Below the pieces are notes generated by a model. That model was not told the DNA's origin, made no database searches, and saw only the letters and a program-made list of their open reading frames with translations. Source: Pseudogymnoascus verrucosus (lineage: Eukaryota). From it: a stretch of DNA of 64,000 nt. The position numbers and the translations under genes are program-made. This document shows positions 23,610 to 34,800 of the stretch, in pieces (positions within the stretch are counted from its first letter, which is position 1; each line of letters starts with the position of its first letter). Where the stretch lies: NCBI GenBank assembly GCA_001662655.1, contig KV460248.1; one strand, written 5' to 3'.

Positions 23610-25016
23610 TCACCGCCCCTCCCCCACCACCCCCTCCCCCTCCTCTCCATCTACCACCTTCTCCTTCTCCCCCTCCTCCTCCCCCCTCTCCGTCTGCCCA
23701 ATCAACAAATCCTTCTCCCTAACCGCCTTCCACGTCTCCCACCCCTGCTTCCGTTCCTTAACCTGCCTCTCCGCCGCCTGCACCCACCTCATCCACTCCC
23801 TCGTCCTCGGCGCCGCACCACTCGTGCTCACCCACCCCACCTCCCCCGTAACCCGAATCGCATACCACATCGTCCTCGTGAAACTCGGTAGATCATCCGG
23901 CTCCCCCCCCGGCCGCGCACAATCCGCATCTCTACAATCATCAGGCGTGATGTCCTCGCGCTCATACATTTTGAGGTCCCAGAACTCCTTCTTGGGAACG
24001 AGGGAGGCGGCCCAGTAGAGCCCGTTGAGCACGATGTAGGCGCTGCCTATGGCGGCTTGTTGGTTGAAATTACAGTTTCCCAGCAGCACGACGGCGACCA
24101 TGAGGATGAATGTCGCGAGGCCGATGAGAGCGCGGTAGGCGCGGACAGAGTGAACGAGGTATGTGCATTCCTCCGTCCCGGTGTAGAGTTCCCGCGCGAC
24201 ATTCTCGTCGCATTTGACGACTATGAAGGCCCCCTCGCGCGTGCGGATCACGACGTCACCTTCTGGCACCACAGCGCCGGAAGTGCGCTTCATGAGCTGT
24301 GGGGACCAGAGGGATGCGTAGCCGACGATGGTGGAGACGAGGGAGATGGCTATGAGTGCCAGGCAGGCGATGGCGTCGCGGTTGTAGAGGGAGACTGCGA
24401 AGATGGCCCAGGTGAGGACGCAGGAGAAGATGCTGAGGAGGTTGAGCGGGGATAAGGTCTTCGCGGGGACATGAGGAGGGGGCTTCAGCGGCTGTGCCGC
24501 GATGATGGGAGCTTTCTCGGGGTCGGCGCGGCGCAGCCAGGTGCCGCGGAGGAAGTTGGAGGCGGTGGTGAAGAAGCCGTTGTGTCGCGGGAGGGTGGTG
24601 TTGTGGCGGGAGTTGACGGAGCGCCAGGAGCGCGGGTCGTTGTGTTGGGAGAGGGCGTGGCGGGAGTGGCGGATGCGGTAGACGCGGAAGGAGAAGGGGG
24701 CGAGATCTTCGATGGGGTGGACGATGTTGGGGAAGTAGTTGAGGGTGGGGACTTGGATGCCGTTCTTGACGCCCACGACGCTGGCGGTAGTGTGTGGCAT
24801 TCGCGTTGGGCGGGTGGGCTTGAGGAGGACTTGGGGCGCGGGGATGATGCGCGGGAGGCACCCGATCCAGGAGGCTGTCATGGCTTGGGAGTGTTCGGCC
24901 ATGGAGGATTCGCCGATCACGGCGAGGAGGGAGACGATGTCGAGTCTCCACCCGTTTTGGTGGTCTTTGCCCTCTGGCCACCAGCCTTCGTCGCTGTCGC
25001 CTTGGGGCGATGACAT
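23610..25016 (-). CDS. Conserved fungal hypothetical multi-pass membrane protein
   Basis: 468-aa ORF with strong codon bias, N-terminal GWRLDIVSLLAVIGES motif, about 4 hydrophobic segments and GDVVIRTREGAFIVVKCDENVARELY. Confidence 0.85.
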   Translation of the reverse strand: MSSPQGDSDEGWWPEGKDHQNGWRLDIVSLLAVIGESSMAEHSQAMTASWIGCLPRIIPAPQVLLKPTRPTRMPHTTASVVGVKNGIQVPTLNYFPNIVHPIEDLAPFSFRVYRIRHSRHALSQHNDPRSWRSVNSRHNTTLPRHNGFFTTASNFLRGTWLRRADPEKAPIIAAQPLKPPPHVPAKTLSPLNLLSIFSCVLTWAIFAVSLYNRDAIACLALIAISLVSTIVGYASLWSPQLMKRTSGAVVPEGDVVIRTREGAFIVVKCDENVARELYTGTEECTYLVHSVRAYRALIGLATFILMVAVVLLGNCNFNQQAAIGSAYIVLNGLYWAASLVPKKEFWDLKMYEREDITPDDCRDADCARPGGEPDDLPSFTRTMWYAIRVTGEVGWVSTSGAAPRTREWMRWVQAAERQVKERKQGWETWKAVREKDLLIGQTERGEEEGEKEKVVDGEEGEGVVGEGR

Positions 25017-26232
25017 CGTGAGATTCGTAGCCTTGTTGGTGGAGTTACGTTCGGTTGTGTGATTTTGCTCCTATAAGCGGCCCCTCCTTTTCGAGCGCAG
25101 GCAAGGTAGGTCTTTAAGGGCTATAGAATGATCGAAGCCGTATCGGCGATGAAGATGGTAGCATTTGCAACAAGGACGTCGCCGTTGCCAGTTTCCCTGG
25201 CAAGGCTGTAGGCTGTCGTTGTTGGTTGATCCTGATCTCCAACAATCTTCACCAGCCGCCCGGGGAAAAGACGCGTCCAACAGCGAGGCTGAAACTGCGG
25301 CCAATGACCAATTGAAGCAGGTGGATGGGCGCATCTTAGCGAGATAACTACCATGTTGGGGGTAGTGATCCTCGAAAACCCCTGCTATCCATATCCCGCA
25401 TCTGCACCTCGCCATTGAGAGACCCCTCACATTGTGTGATTCGCGGCATTTGCAGGAGTAAAAGGGGACGAGTATTGGGCTATTGCCGCTGTGTAGGCGG
25501 TTAGGAACTCACCTGTTGTCTTGTCTTGTCTGCTCCAAGCTGTCTCGGCTCGGCACGCTCCCCTTGTTTCTATATAAAGACATTGATTGTTAGGCAGACT
25601 TGGCAGACTCACCGTATGCAATGCAACTGGAGTATAAGATAGACTTATAAACGGTATTGCCGCGCGGGAATTCCAGATGCCGGGACGCAAGCTGAAGAGG
25701 ACATTTTATGTTCGAAGACTAACAGTAGAATATGTCTAGTACTAATACGAAACACATCTCATGCTTCCCGTCCTCCAGCCGTTCTCCAGCCGTCCTCCAG
25801 CCATTTCCGGCTCTTTTACCATCGTTTCAGCTCACGTAAGCACAACTCAGCCCCCCAACCAAACACCGCAAATTTACGTACTGTGCTCGCAAAGTGACAA
25901 ATGCCACAACCCGTCACACCCCGCCTTAGGGGATATTATAGGGATTATAGGTCTTAGAACTGTCATTTGTGAGGGTACCATCCCGTTGTTTGGTACGGGC
26001 TGTGCTGGTAACCCTATTTATTTCCGTATTTAGAACTTTGCGACGGCTCTCATCAATCCCGAGGAGCCTGTCATCTTAGGCTCTATATGCTGACACTGAC
26101 AATCTTAAGATAACTATATCACCAAATTTCCCTATTCCTCGACTGCAGTAAGCACCCTGCTTTATTCTGAATCTGTATCTAACGCGGTCATCCCTCTATC
26201 GCATACTCCCCTCAACTTCCCTGCTGCATATC

Positions 26233-26237
<5 letters not shown>

Positions 26238-26267
<30 letters not shown>
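26238..26267. repeat. (CT)n microsatellite just upstream of the ATG at 26285
   Basis: Direct reading. Confidence 0.9.
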
Positions 26268-26269
<2 letters not shown>

Positions 26270-26284
26270 CACTCTGTCGTCACG

Positions 26285-27175
26285 ATGTCGAAGCGCTCAG
26301 TCTTCACGACAATCACCCCGCTCCCACCGAGCGTCACCCGCCAGCATGTCCTGGACACCTTCCACAACCACGTCGAGATGATCGACCTGAACCCCCTGGT
26401 GGAAGAGCGTCATCGGATCAAACCACCACCAAAAGCCACCCCAGAAGAGTTCCACTGCATCTGGTACGAAGTGACGGATCGCGTGCAATACTTACCGGGC
26501 GGCGTATACTCCGGCAAAGTCTCGTACCCCGTCTGCTTCCACGACCTCCCCAACGGCATCCAAACCCACTGCTATGCGCCGATGGGATTAGAGATCAAGG
26601 GGAAATGGTCGCTAGGTGGATCTCTGCCAGGCGAGCCGCGAGAACCAGTTGAGATGGGCCTCAACGTTCCCATGGTCGGCTTATACGTGCGCGAGGACGT
26701 CGACATGAAGTGCAACATCATGTTAACCAATTTCGTCAAAAAGACGTTCAAAAAATCGCACGCCGAGCTCGTCGCGCGCTTATCCGTCAAGGCGCAACTC
26801 CAAGAAGCAGCCGCGACAAACAGCACCCTCGCGTCCCAGGCCTCGCCGCACCTGAGCTACTCGGGCTCTGTTCACTCTTCCGTCGGGTCTCCAGGGTTTC
26901 CGCCACAGAATTTGTCGATGTTCCCGCCGGGTCTGCAGCCGCCGCCGCACTACAACCAGGCTCACCCGCAGCAAAACCAGTACCAGGCTTATGATCCGAG
27001 GATGTCGATGCAGAGCGCGTTTCAGGGACAGCAGGGCGTGTATCAGCAGCAACCACCGCCGTCGTCGCAGTTTGCGCCGTCCGAGTTGTCGAATACGGAA
27101 ACGAAACTGGATGATGCGAAGAAGATGAATGGCGCGCCGCCTAAACAGGAGTTTCCACCTGTTGAGCTGCCGTAA
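26285..27175 (+). CDS. Conserved fungal protein, DUF7053-like domain with a Gln/Pro-rich tail
   Basis: MSKRSVFTTITPLP..HNHVEMIDLNPLV..WYEVTDRVQYLPGG..GIQTHCYAPMGL..LYVREDVDMKCN..FVKK, ending PVELP. Confidence 0.8.
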   Translation: MSKRSVFTTITPLPPSVTRQHVLDTFHNHVEMIDLNPLVEERHRIKPPPKATPEEFHCIWYEVTDRVQYLPGGVYSGKVSYPVCFHDLPNGIQTHCYAPMGLEIKGKWSLGGSLPGEPREPVEMGLNVPMVGLYVREDVDMKCNIMLTNFVKKTFKKSHAELVARLSVKAQLQEAAATNSTLASQASPHLSYSGSVHSSVGSPGFPPQNLSMFPPGLQPPPHYNQAHPQQNQYQAYDPRMSMQSAFQGQQGVYQQQPPPSSQFAPSELSNTETKLDDAKKMNGAPPKQEFPPVELP

Positions 27176-27469
27176 TCGGACACTTGAACCGAGTTGGACT
27201 GCTGGTTCAGAAGTTCGTGTCTTGCTAGGGAGTGGTGGTGGAAAATAATGATACTATACCCGTGTGTTGGAATGCTGCGTTGGGGACTGGTTACAAATGG
27301 CGTTTCTGTTGTAAGAAAGACGATGTTGGATTGATACTGTGGATAGTTAGGCGAAAGTAGCATTATACACCTTAAATGGATCAATTATTCCTCTTATGAC
27401 ATTTCTATCCTAAAACTAATCCCAAGTTTTCTTCTTCGCCTTTTGCTATATCACAATCCGTCTTTGGTA

Positions 27470-29395
27470 TTAATTCAACCTCCTAGCTTCAGGCCCCTTC
27501 GCGCTAGACTCGTCTCCATACGTATCAACAATCCACTGACAATAAACATTCCACCGCTCTAACCACACCTCCTTAGCCGCGACCTTCTCACTCGGTGTCA
27601 AGCAGCTATGCTCTAGACTCCACTCAGCAAGGACGCGCCAGCCGTGCAAGCTCATGGCTTCTGCACCGACCATGATTTGGTAGAAGTCATGCGACAATGA
27701 AGACCTATCGATGCGTTAGCCCACAACCCTCTCTCTATACCCGACCATCTAGTCGGAGAAGAGAAACTTACCCATAAAAAGTGCCATTATCACTATTGAT
27801 AGTACAATGCACATTATTCGCCAACAAAACCGGCAACGCATGTCCCCGAATACTCGGACACAAATGCAGCACCTCATTCGAAATCGGGCAGATCTCCAGC
27901 GCTATCCCCCGCTCCTTCACCATCCGCATGGCCTTCGGGTGTTTCGGTAAGGCAAAACCGTGTCCGATGCGCTTAGCTCCCAGCAAGATGGCGTCGAGCA
28001 AGTTCGCATCGGTGGAGCTGCCGCTATCGAGCGTCTCGCCCGCGTGAAGGAGGAAGGGGATGTCGAGGCCCTCGGAGATGCAGGTGGCGCGGAAGGAGAG
28101 CAGTTCAGGGGCGAAGTGCTGGAGGGGGAATCCGGCTTCCTCGCCGCCAACGAGGTCGTAGCCGCAGATTAGATCGGGGAATTTCTTCTTCAGGGCGATG
28201 CATTCGACCAGTGAGGCGGCAACGCGCTCTTTACTGAAGGAGCGGGGACAGCAGTATATTACTTTGAGGCCTGTGAGGGGGACACCGGATTGGCGTTGCG
28301 CGGTGATGGCATCGGCGATTATTTGGAGGAGGCCAACGTTGTCAATGAAGCCTGTGGCGTCGGACTTGACGAGGGAGTTGCTGGGAAAGTTAGGGCGAAT
28401 CTCGGCGTATTGGATGTTGTCGCGGATGAAATCTTGGATGCAGGCGTCGGTGTAGGCGCGGAATGCGGTTTCATGACCAAAGAGGCCTTTGAGCATGCGT
28501 GTGCGGGTGCCGAACCGGAGCCAGATGCTGTGGAAGGTTAGATGGTTGGAAGGTGTTAGGGGTGGCCCTGGTGAACTGACTTTGCGGTTGTTTGGGATAT
28601 TCCGTATACTTCGTCCTCGGTGAAGAGAAGCTTGGAAGCAAGCCATTCCTCGGCAGCGGATTCACCGCCAGGGTACTCCTGGAGGAATTTGTCATAGCTG
28701 TACCAACCTTTCCTTTTGTCGTCGGCGTGAAAGCTGGACTTGTAACTCTCGTGCAGCAGGCTGGCGGTAGGTTCTAGGTGTTTTTCTTCATCTATAACAT
28801 GCATCTGAAACTGTATCTCAGCGCGCTCCTTGTTGTCTTCCGAGTTGAGCGCAAGGTCGCTTTTGATATACATATGCGCGTTATTCTTTGCATGGCGAAG
28901 TAAAAACTGAGGCGGGAGGCAAGAATTGAAGTGACAGTGTAGGTGGGCTCCTTTGGGCATTTGCTGAGCAATCTTGAATAGACTCGTGTTTGTGATATTG
29001 GAAGCATTCCCGACGAAATGTTTGTCTGGTGTCATCACTTTCCCCAACATGTCCAGTCCCCCACCATGGACTAATTCCGCATCTCTCTGTCTAATCGCAA
29101 CAATAATTTCGTTTGCTTTGTTTTGCAACTCAGATGCCGTTTCTCTTGCTCGTCCATCGAAACCCTCTTCCCTTTCGATTGCTAAGACCGAGGCGCGCTC
29201 AGCGTTGTATGCGTCCAAAGTTAGGGGGGTAGTATGGTCCGCCATCGTGCTGATATTTTTGTCTGATAGCTTCTCGACAGTCTTCTCACCGGGGGTTTTC
29301 TGACTTATATCCTCCCCGTCGTTGGGCCTCTTCACCGGACGGCGAGCCTTATCTGAAGCCTCGTTGCCTTTTTCCCAAGAACAAATGCCACCCAT
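27470..29395 (-). CDS. Adenosine deaminase, ADGF/CECR1 (ADA2)-like, 3 exons; alternative start at 29245
   Basis: MPKGAHLHCH, DNIQYAEIR, GYDLVGGEE, FLLHAGET, KRIGHG, LEICPISNE, INSDNGTF and LSHDFYQ motifs. Confidence 0.92.
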
Positions 29396-29877
29396 TGGGG
29401 CTGTTCGCGCTGACTCCAACTTCCGAAGGCAACCAGCATCAAAGCCCCTCAGGTAACAGCCATGAAGGTGATGTTGGCGGCGCTAAGTGTCAAAATACTG
29501 TTGGCGTTACGGCGGCTATCTAGTATAACAAGTGGCTGTGCAGAACTGCCAACTATTTACTAGTTCAAGGTTGATTCCCAGGCTGCGTCTTTCCACTCAT
29601 AACCATCACGACACTATACGCTTGGCAAAGGCTTAGAACATCAAGCGGCTCGCAAACGAGCTTGTTGGCTGGCCTCACTGTTGCTTTGTGCTCAGCCTCC
29701 AAAAGGGCAGCTTACAGGATATGGTCACATGATCAAAATATATTACGCCTTATCGCTCTCTGATTGGTTGATGCATTTTATATCCCCTATTAATCGCAAT
29801 GAGAGCTTTCCGTACGGAATAACCGTATCCCCTAGCTACAGAAGTATTCTGGATAAAGCCCAGCGCATTTTACACTC

Positions 29878-31392
29878 CTAATCGTCGAACCTGATGCCCT
29901 TCTTTCCCTCAACGTCAATGAAACCACCCCTGTAGCTACCACGCTTCTTCTTGTTCTTCTCCTTGGTGAAACCCTTGCCCTTCGTCACGATGAGATCCTC
30001 GTGAGCCTTCTGTGCGTAGTCGTAGGGAACGAAGGCGTTGCTCTTAAGGCGCTCGTCGACAACAATATCCTTGGGGATTCGGGAGAATGGGACATTGGTC
30101 TTCTTTGGGACTGGGTTAGGTGGAAGTGGTGGAAGTGGAGGGGAAGCCTCCTTGGCCTTGGCAGCAGCTTTCTTGTCTTTCGACTTGGTCTTCTTGTCAG
30201 CTGATGAGCTGTCGTCTGAGTCCGAGCTTGCAAGTGTGGCAGTGGAGTCGGATTTGGCGGTGGCATCGCCCATCTCCTCATCGGATGAAGAGTCACTGTC
30301 CGAGTCGGAAGACGAGTCAGAACCGGAGTCAGGGAGGGGAACCTTTGCGGCGGCGGATTGTGTAGAAGAGTCGGAGTCGGAGGATGAATCAGAATCAGAT
30401 GAGGAGGAGTCGCTATCAGAGGATGAAGAGTCCGAAGAAGACTTGGCGGACTTCTTGGAGGCGCTGTCGCTTTCGGATGACGACGAGTCGCTGTCGGATG
30501 AGTCGCTGTCGGATGAGTCGCTGTCGGATGAGTCGCTGTCGGATGACGATGTGGATTCAGCAGCGGCTGGGGCAGTCTTAGACTTCTTGCGCTTTGGAGC
30601 CTCGTCCTCAGATGAAGAATCAGAGTCAGAAGAGGAGTCAGAGGAGGAGCTGCTGCTGCTATCGGACGATGCCTTGCGCTTCAATGCGTTGACCTTGGCC
30701 TTTGGGGTTGCCGCTTTGGCTGCAGGGACCTCCTTCTCATCGTCGGCATCGCTGTCTGACGACTCCGAGCTCGACGAGCCCGATGAAGAAGACGAAGAAG
30801 ACGATTTCTTGCTGGCTTTGGTGGTAACTGCCTTCGCATCACCCATCTCAACATCGCTATCTCCGCTGCTGCTAGATGACTCCTTGGCAGCTACTGGCTT
30901 GAGCTTCTCCTTGGTTTTCTTTGCTTCGGCCTTCTTAGGCGCAACCTCCTTCTTCGCAAGTGCTGCTTGGTCGTCCTTCGGCTTGTCGGCAGTGTTGCCA
31001 TTCGTGGTCTCGCGGAACTTCTCGTAGATATTTCCGAGTGTGACTGAAGTCGTCTTGACAGCAGCCGCAGATCGACCCTGCCATCCCTCGGACTTGGTGC
31101 GATCTTTGCGCTCGGAAGCAAAAAGGTTGCCAGTGTTGTTAAATCCGAATTCGGTCAGGAATTCACCGACAAGATCGAGTAATTCGGGAGAAGGAGGAGT
31201 CTTCGTGGATTTCTCGGTGGTGGTTGCTTTGGCACCTTTCACTGTCGTCTTCTTTCCAGCTTTGGGCTGAGATAAAGAAACTTGAGGAGTTGCGGCGGGC
31301 TTTGACGCTCCATTTCCAAACAGCCAGTCTGGTTTTTCGCCGACGGGTGCCTTTGGCTTCCTCTTGGCCACGGGCACAAGATTAGGGTTCAT
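29878..31392 (-). CDS. SRP40: Nucleolar phosphoprotein Srp40/Nopp140-like
   Basis: LisH-like LLDLVGEFLTEFGFNNT, alternating Ser/Asp and Lys/Ala blocks, and the SRP40 C-terminal domain PFSRI..YAQKAHEDLIVTKGKGFTKEKNKKKRGSYRGG..IRFDD. Confidence 0.93.
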   Translation of the reverse strand: MNPNLVPVAKRKPKAPVGEKPDWLFGNGASKPAATPQVSLSQPKAGKKTTVKGAKATTTEKSTKTPPSPELLDLVGEFLTEFGFNNTGNLFASERKDRTKSEGWQGRSAAAVKTTSVTLGNIYEKFRETTNGNTADKPKDDQAALAKKEVAPKKAEAKKTKEKLKPVAAKESSSSSGDSDVEMGDAKAVTTKASKKSSSSSSSSGSSSSESSDSDADDEKEVPAAKAATPKAKVNALKRKASSDSSSSSSSDSSSDSDSSSEDEAPKRKKSKTAPAAAESTSSSDSDSSDSDSSDSDSSDSDSSSSESDSASKKSAKSSSDSSSSDSDSSSSDSDSSSDSDSSTQSAAAKVPLPDSGSDSSSDSDSDSSSDEEMGDATAKSDSTATLASSDSDDSSSADKKTKSKDKKAAAKAKEASPPLPPLPPNPVPKKTNVPFSRIPKDIVVDERLKSNAFVPYDYAQKAHEDLIVTKGKGFTKEKNKKKRGSYRGGFIDVEGKKGIRFDD

Positions 31393-31827
31393 AGTTGCGT
31401 TGATTGGCAGTACCCAGAATGAATTCAAAAGTTTGAGGGTATCTCGAGGCTATTCGAGGCTGTTATCGTCCCAGAGCGAGAGTGATAAAAAAAAGTTAAG
31501 CGGGCCGATCTTGAACTAGCCACTAGCGTGGAATTTGAAGGTAGTTTGGACTAGTCCGTATTGAGACAAGTGACATACCTACTTGGTAGTGCGACAGCAC
31601 CCAAGAGACGACAACATCATATCAGTTACACTGGTTGACCAGCGCGTTGATGCCCGTCCCCGCACTGGCATCTTCTCCACAATATCATTATCTTAAAGCT
31701 TTACAGTTATAAGATGCCCATTTTGCATACCGGCCCATAGATATGCAATACGCCTGCATTGGCTACAACCACAACTCCTCGTCCTCCAGCGCTAATCATA
31801 GCCTCTGTAGTGGGCATACACAGCTAA

Positions 31828-34800
31828 ATGGATGGCCCAACGACCAATGGATCCGCTGTGAGCAACGGTTCCGGTAGCGCCAATGGAGCGAACAAAGCAG
31901 AGAAGTTCGAGGATGAGAAGCGGAGGATCGTTGAGAGCTGTTTCTCTAAGAAGGACCCAGACGGATCTTGTATGGTGGCCCCATGCCAGGGATACGCGCG
32001 ATAATGTATGGACTGATGCTGACATATTTGACTTTCCAGTGGCAGAATCTTACATTACCCATATACGAATCCTTGAGGATGGCGCCTATCAATCGTCGCC
32101 TCCCCCGCCAAACGCGAGTACAGATCAGAAAAAGCCCCGGGTTATAATTGTCGCGGTTCGCAAGTCTGGCCGTGTCCGCATGCACAAGGCGCGAGAAAAT
32201 GGAAACGGCACATTCTCCATTGGGAAAACATGGCCACTTGACGACCTAACGGCGGTGGAATCCTTCAGCGGCACGACGCCAACTACTCCCGAGGCGGAAC
32301 TTCGAAGGCAATGGGCTGGGGGCGTCGGCTTCATTGCAGTAATTGGCAAACCATACTATTGGCAGGCGAATACTCCAAAAGAGAAGCAATTTTTTATTGG
32401 AAGCCTTGTCAAAATTTACATGAAATACACAGGAGGGAAAGCGCCAGAGCTCATAGGGTTCGACGATCAAGAGAAAGATCAGTTGCTTGGAAGGGCGCCT
32501 GGACAGGCACGCCCTCCTGCCCTCAACAAGCCTAGCCAACCAGGCCAACCAGGCCAACCACCGCGTCTTGTCCCCCGGCAAAGGCCCCCAGGACAGGAGC
32601 AAAAATCACCTTATGAGGCTGGTCCTGCCTCTGATGCTCGACCCCCAACATCAAATTCACGGATGCAACTTCCTCGAGAAGATTCGGAAACAGAATCATC
32701 TACATCTCGTTCGACTGGGCAGCAGCAGACGTTACCAAGGGTGCGCAAGCTAACAGGAGAGAGCCCAAGCCAAGAAGCCTCTACAAGTAGAGATGGTGGC
32801 TTGCCACCTCGATCGCGCGGAGGCCTAAATGGTACGGCGAATGTCCCTGGAAGGTTTCCGGACCGGACCGTCACACCTGTGTCGCAAAGGACTCTGACTC
32901 CTGACAATACCGGGGTTCCGCGCCAAGCGACACCAGTTGATGAACTCCCTGTAGGAGGAAATGCCCCCCCAGAAAGAAGGAGGCCTCCTTTGCAGATTTC
33001 TTCGGAGAGGTCACTCTCCACTGACAACATGGTCCCAGCGCCTTTGGCCACTCCGTCGTCTCAACGGGAATTTGTGAGACCTCCAGCTCGCAGCACGGAC
33101 AGGCCAGAAGCCCCTCAACCCCTCAGGGTTATTAGTCCGTCAAGCACAGGCTTTGGAGCTCAAGGTGATCGACCAGGAACCGCTCCCATGAAGCCTCTCA
33201 ATATCACCAAGGAAAGTAACATAACCGAACCTCCCACGGAAGATTCGTCACAGGTCCCTACTGAACCGGCTGTCGAGGTGCCTAAGGAACCTCTAGAGGA
33301 TGCCAGGCCTGGCCTTGGCCCTATGATTAAGAAAAAGTCGAGAGCTGACGTCGCAAGCGCATTCCGGAAAGCTGCGACCGCTGCAAGCGTGGCCAATTCC
33401 TTTAAACCAAGAGCAGGAGGCGCCGCTGAAAGGCTTAGAGAACAGCAAGCCAAATCACCAGAAGGCCCAGATGGGATCAATGGGGTTGTACCAGCTCCTT
33501 CTAAGATGCGGAGTGTTAGCAACGATAGTTCACGACGGAAGCCATCGGATCATCTGGTTTCAGAAGAGGCAATTCCGCCGATAGCAGAAGGCCCACTGCC
33601 GGAGGTCAAGATTACCGTTGCACCCACTGAGAAATCTGAGGCTGAGGTTGAGGCTGAGAAAACTCCCCCGACAAGCACTTCGAAGCAAGCCTCCCTGCAA
33701 AAGAAGCCTCGAGATACCAAACGTCCAAAGCCTACAGAAGAGACACAAAAACAGCTTTCGTCATTGGGTATAGAATCGTCCATTCTTGATGACAGGGGAG
33801 CAACTTTCGCGACACTACTGGATGATTTTGGCTGGATGGGGGATGGTATTCATGCTAAGAGTATTGACCAGATGAATGACGAAATCGATCGAGAGCTCAA
33901 TCAAGCACAAATTGGTGGCTGGTTAAGTCGTTTTGAAGAAGAAGATGATAGGATTGACGCTATCAGGAGAGGTTTGGATATTTCTATAGCCGAATGCGAA
34001 GAGCTTGATGGCCTGCTGACGCTCTACGGTGTTGAACTTGGGGTATGTGCTCTAATATTCTATATGGCGTTAATTACTGACAGTTTCAGACTTTGAATGA
34101 AGATATTGCGTACATTGAGGCTCAATCACAGGGTCTACAAGTTCAAGCAGCGAACCAGAAGCTTCTTCAGGCCGAGCTAAATTCGCTACTTAAGACAGTA
34201 TCGATATCACTATCGCAGCTCCAGCCCCTAAAGGAAGCCTCCCTTGAGTCCACACAGGGCCTCGACCAAATTGAAAAGGCACTGGTTTTACTATTTAAGG
34301 CTATGATTACGATCGATCCAACACTGAGCAGCCTATCGTCATCTCGTGCTAGTGAAGATGATAGTAGCCGCTCCGGCAAGTTTGAAAATAGCGACATCAG
34401 CAGCATGCGCGTCTTGCAGGAAAAGAAGGAGATGTACAAAACAGAAAGCACCCTGTTTCTGCGCCGACTGAAACAATTCCTTCAAGTCAAGTTCGCTGCT
34501 GCTTTCGACGAATGCAAAAAGGGGCTAGAGCGACAGAAGGAGTCAGCGCTCAATAGACGGACCGGCAAAAACAAGCTCGATCCGAAAAGCCATGATATGA
34601 CGAGAAACATCTTGTGGAAATACAGTCCTCTAATGCTCTTCTTGAGAGAGATAGATCGCATCGAGTGGGAAGAGTTCATGAAGATTTACGTATCCGCATC
34701 CAGGCCAATATACCAGGAAGAGGCCCGAGATGCTGTGGCAGCATGGCAGCGAAATGCGAAAAAGCCATCGGGGGACGAACATGAAGTGCTTTTTACCTCC

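Noticed and set aside
30038..31027. 329-aa antisense ORF and 15-bp repeats within SRP40
   Set aside because: Mirror of the Ser/Asp low-complexity coding repeats (SSDSD), not a separate element or array.
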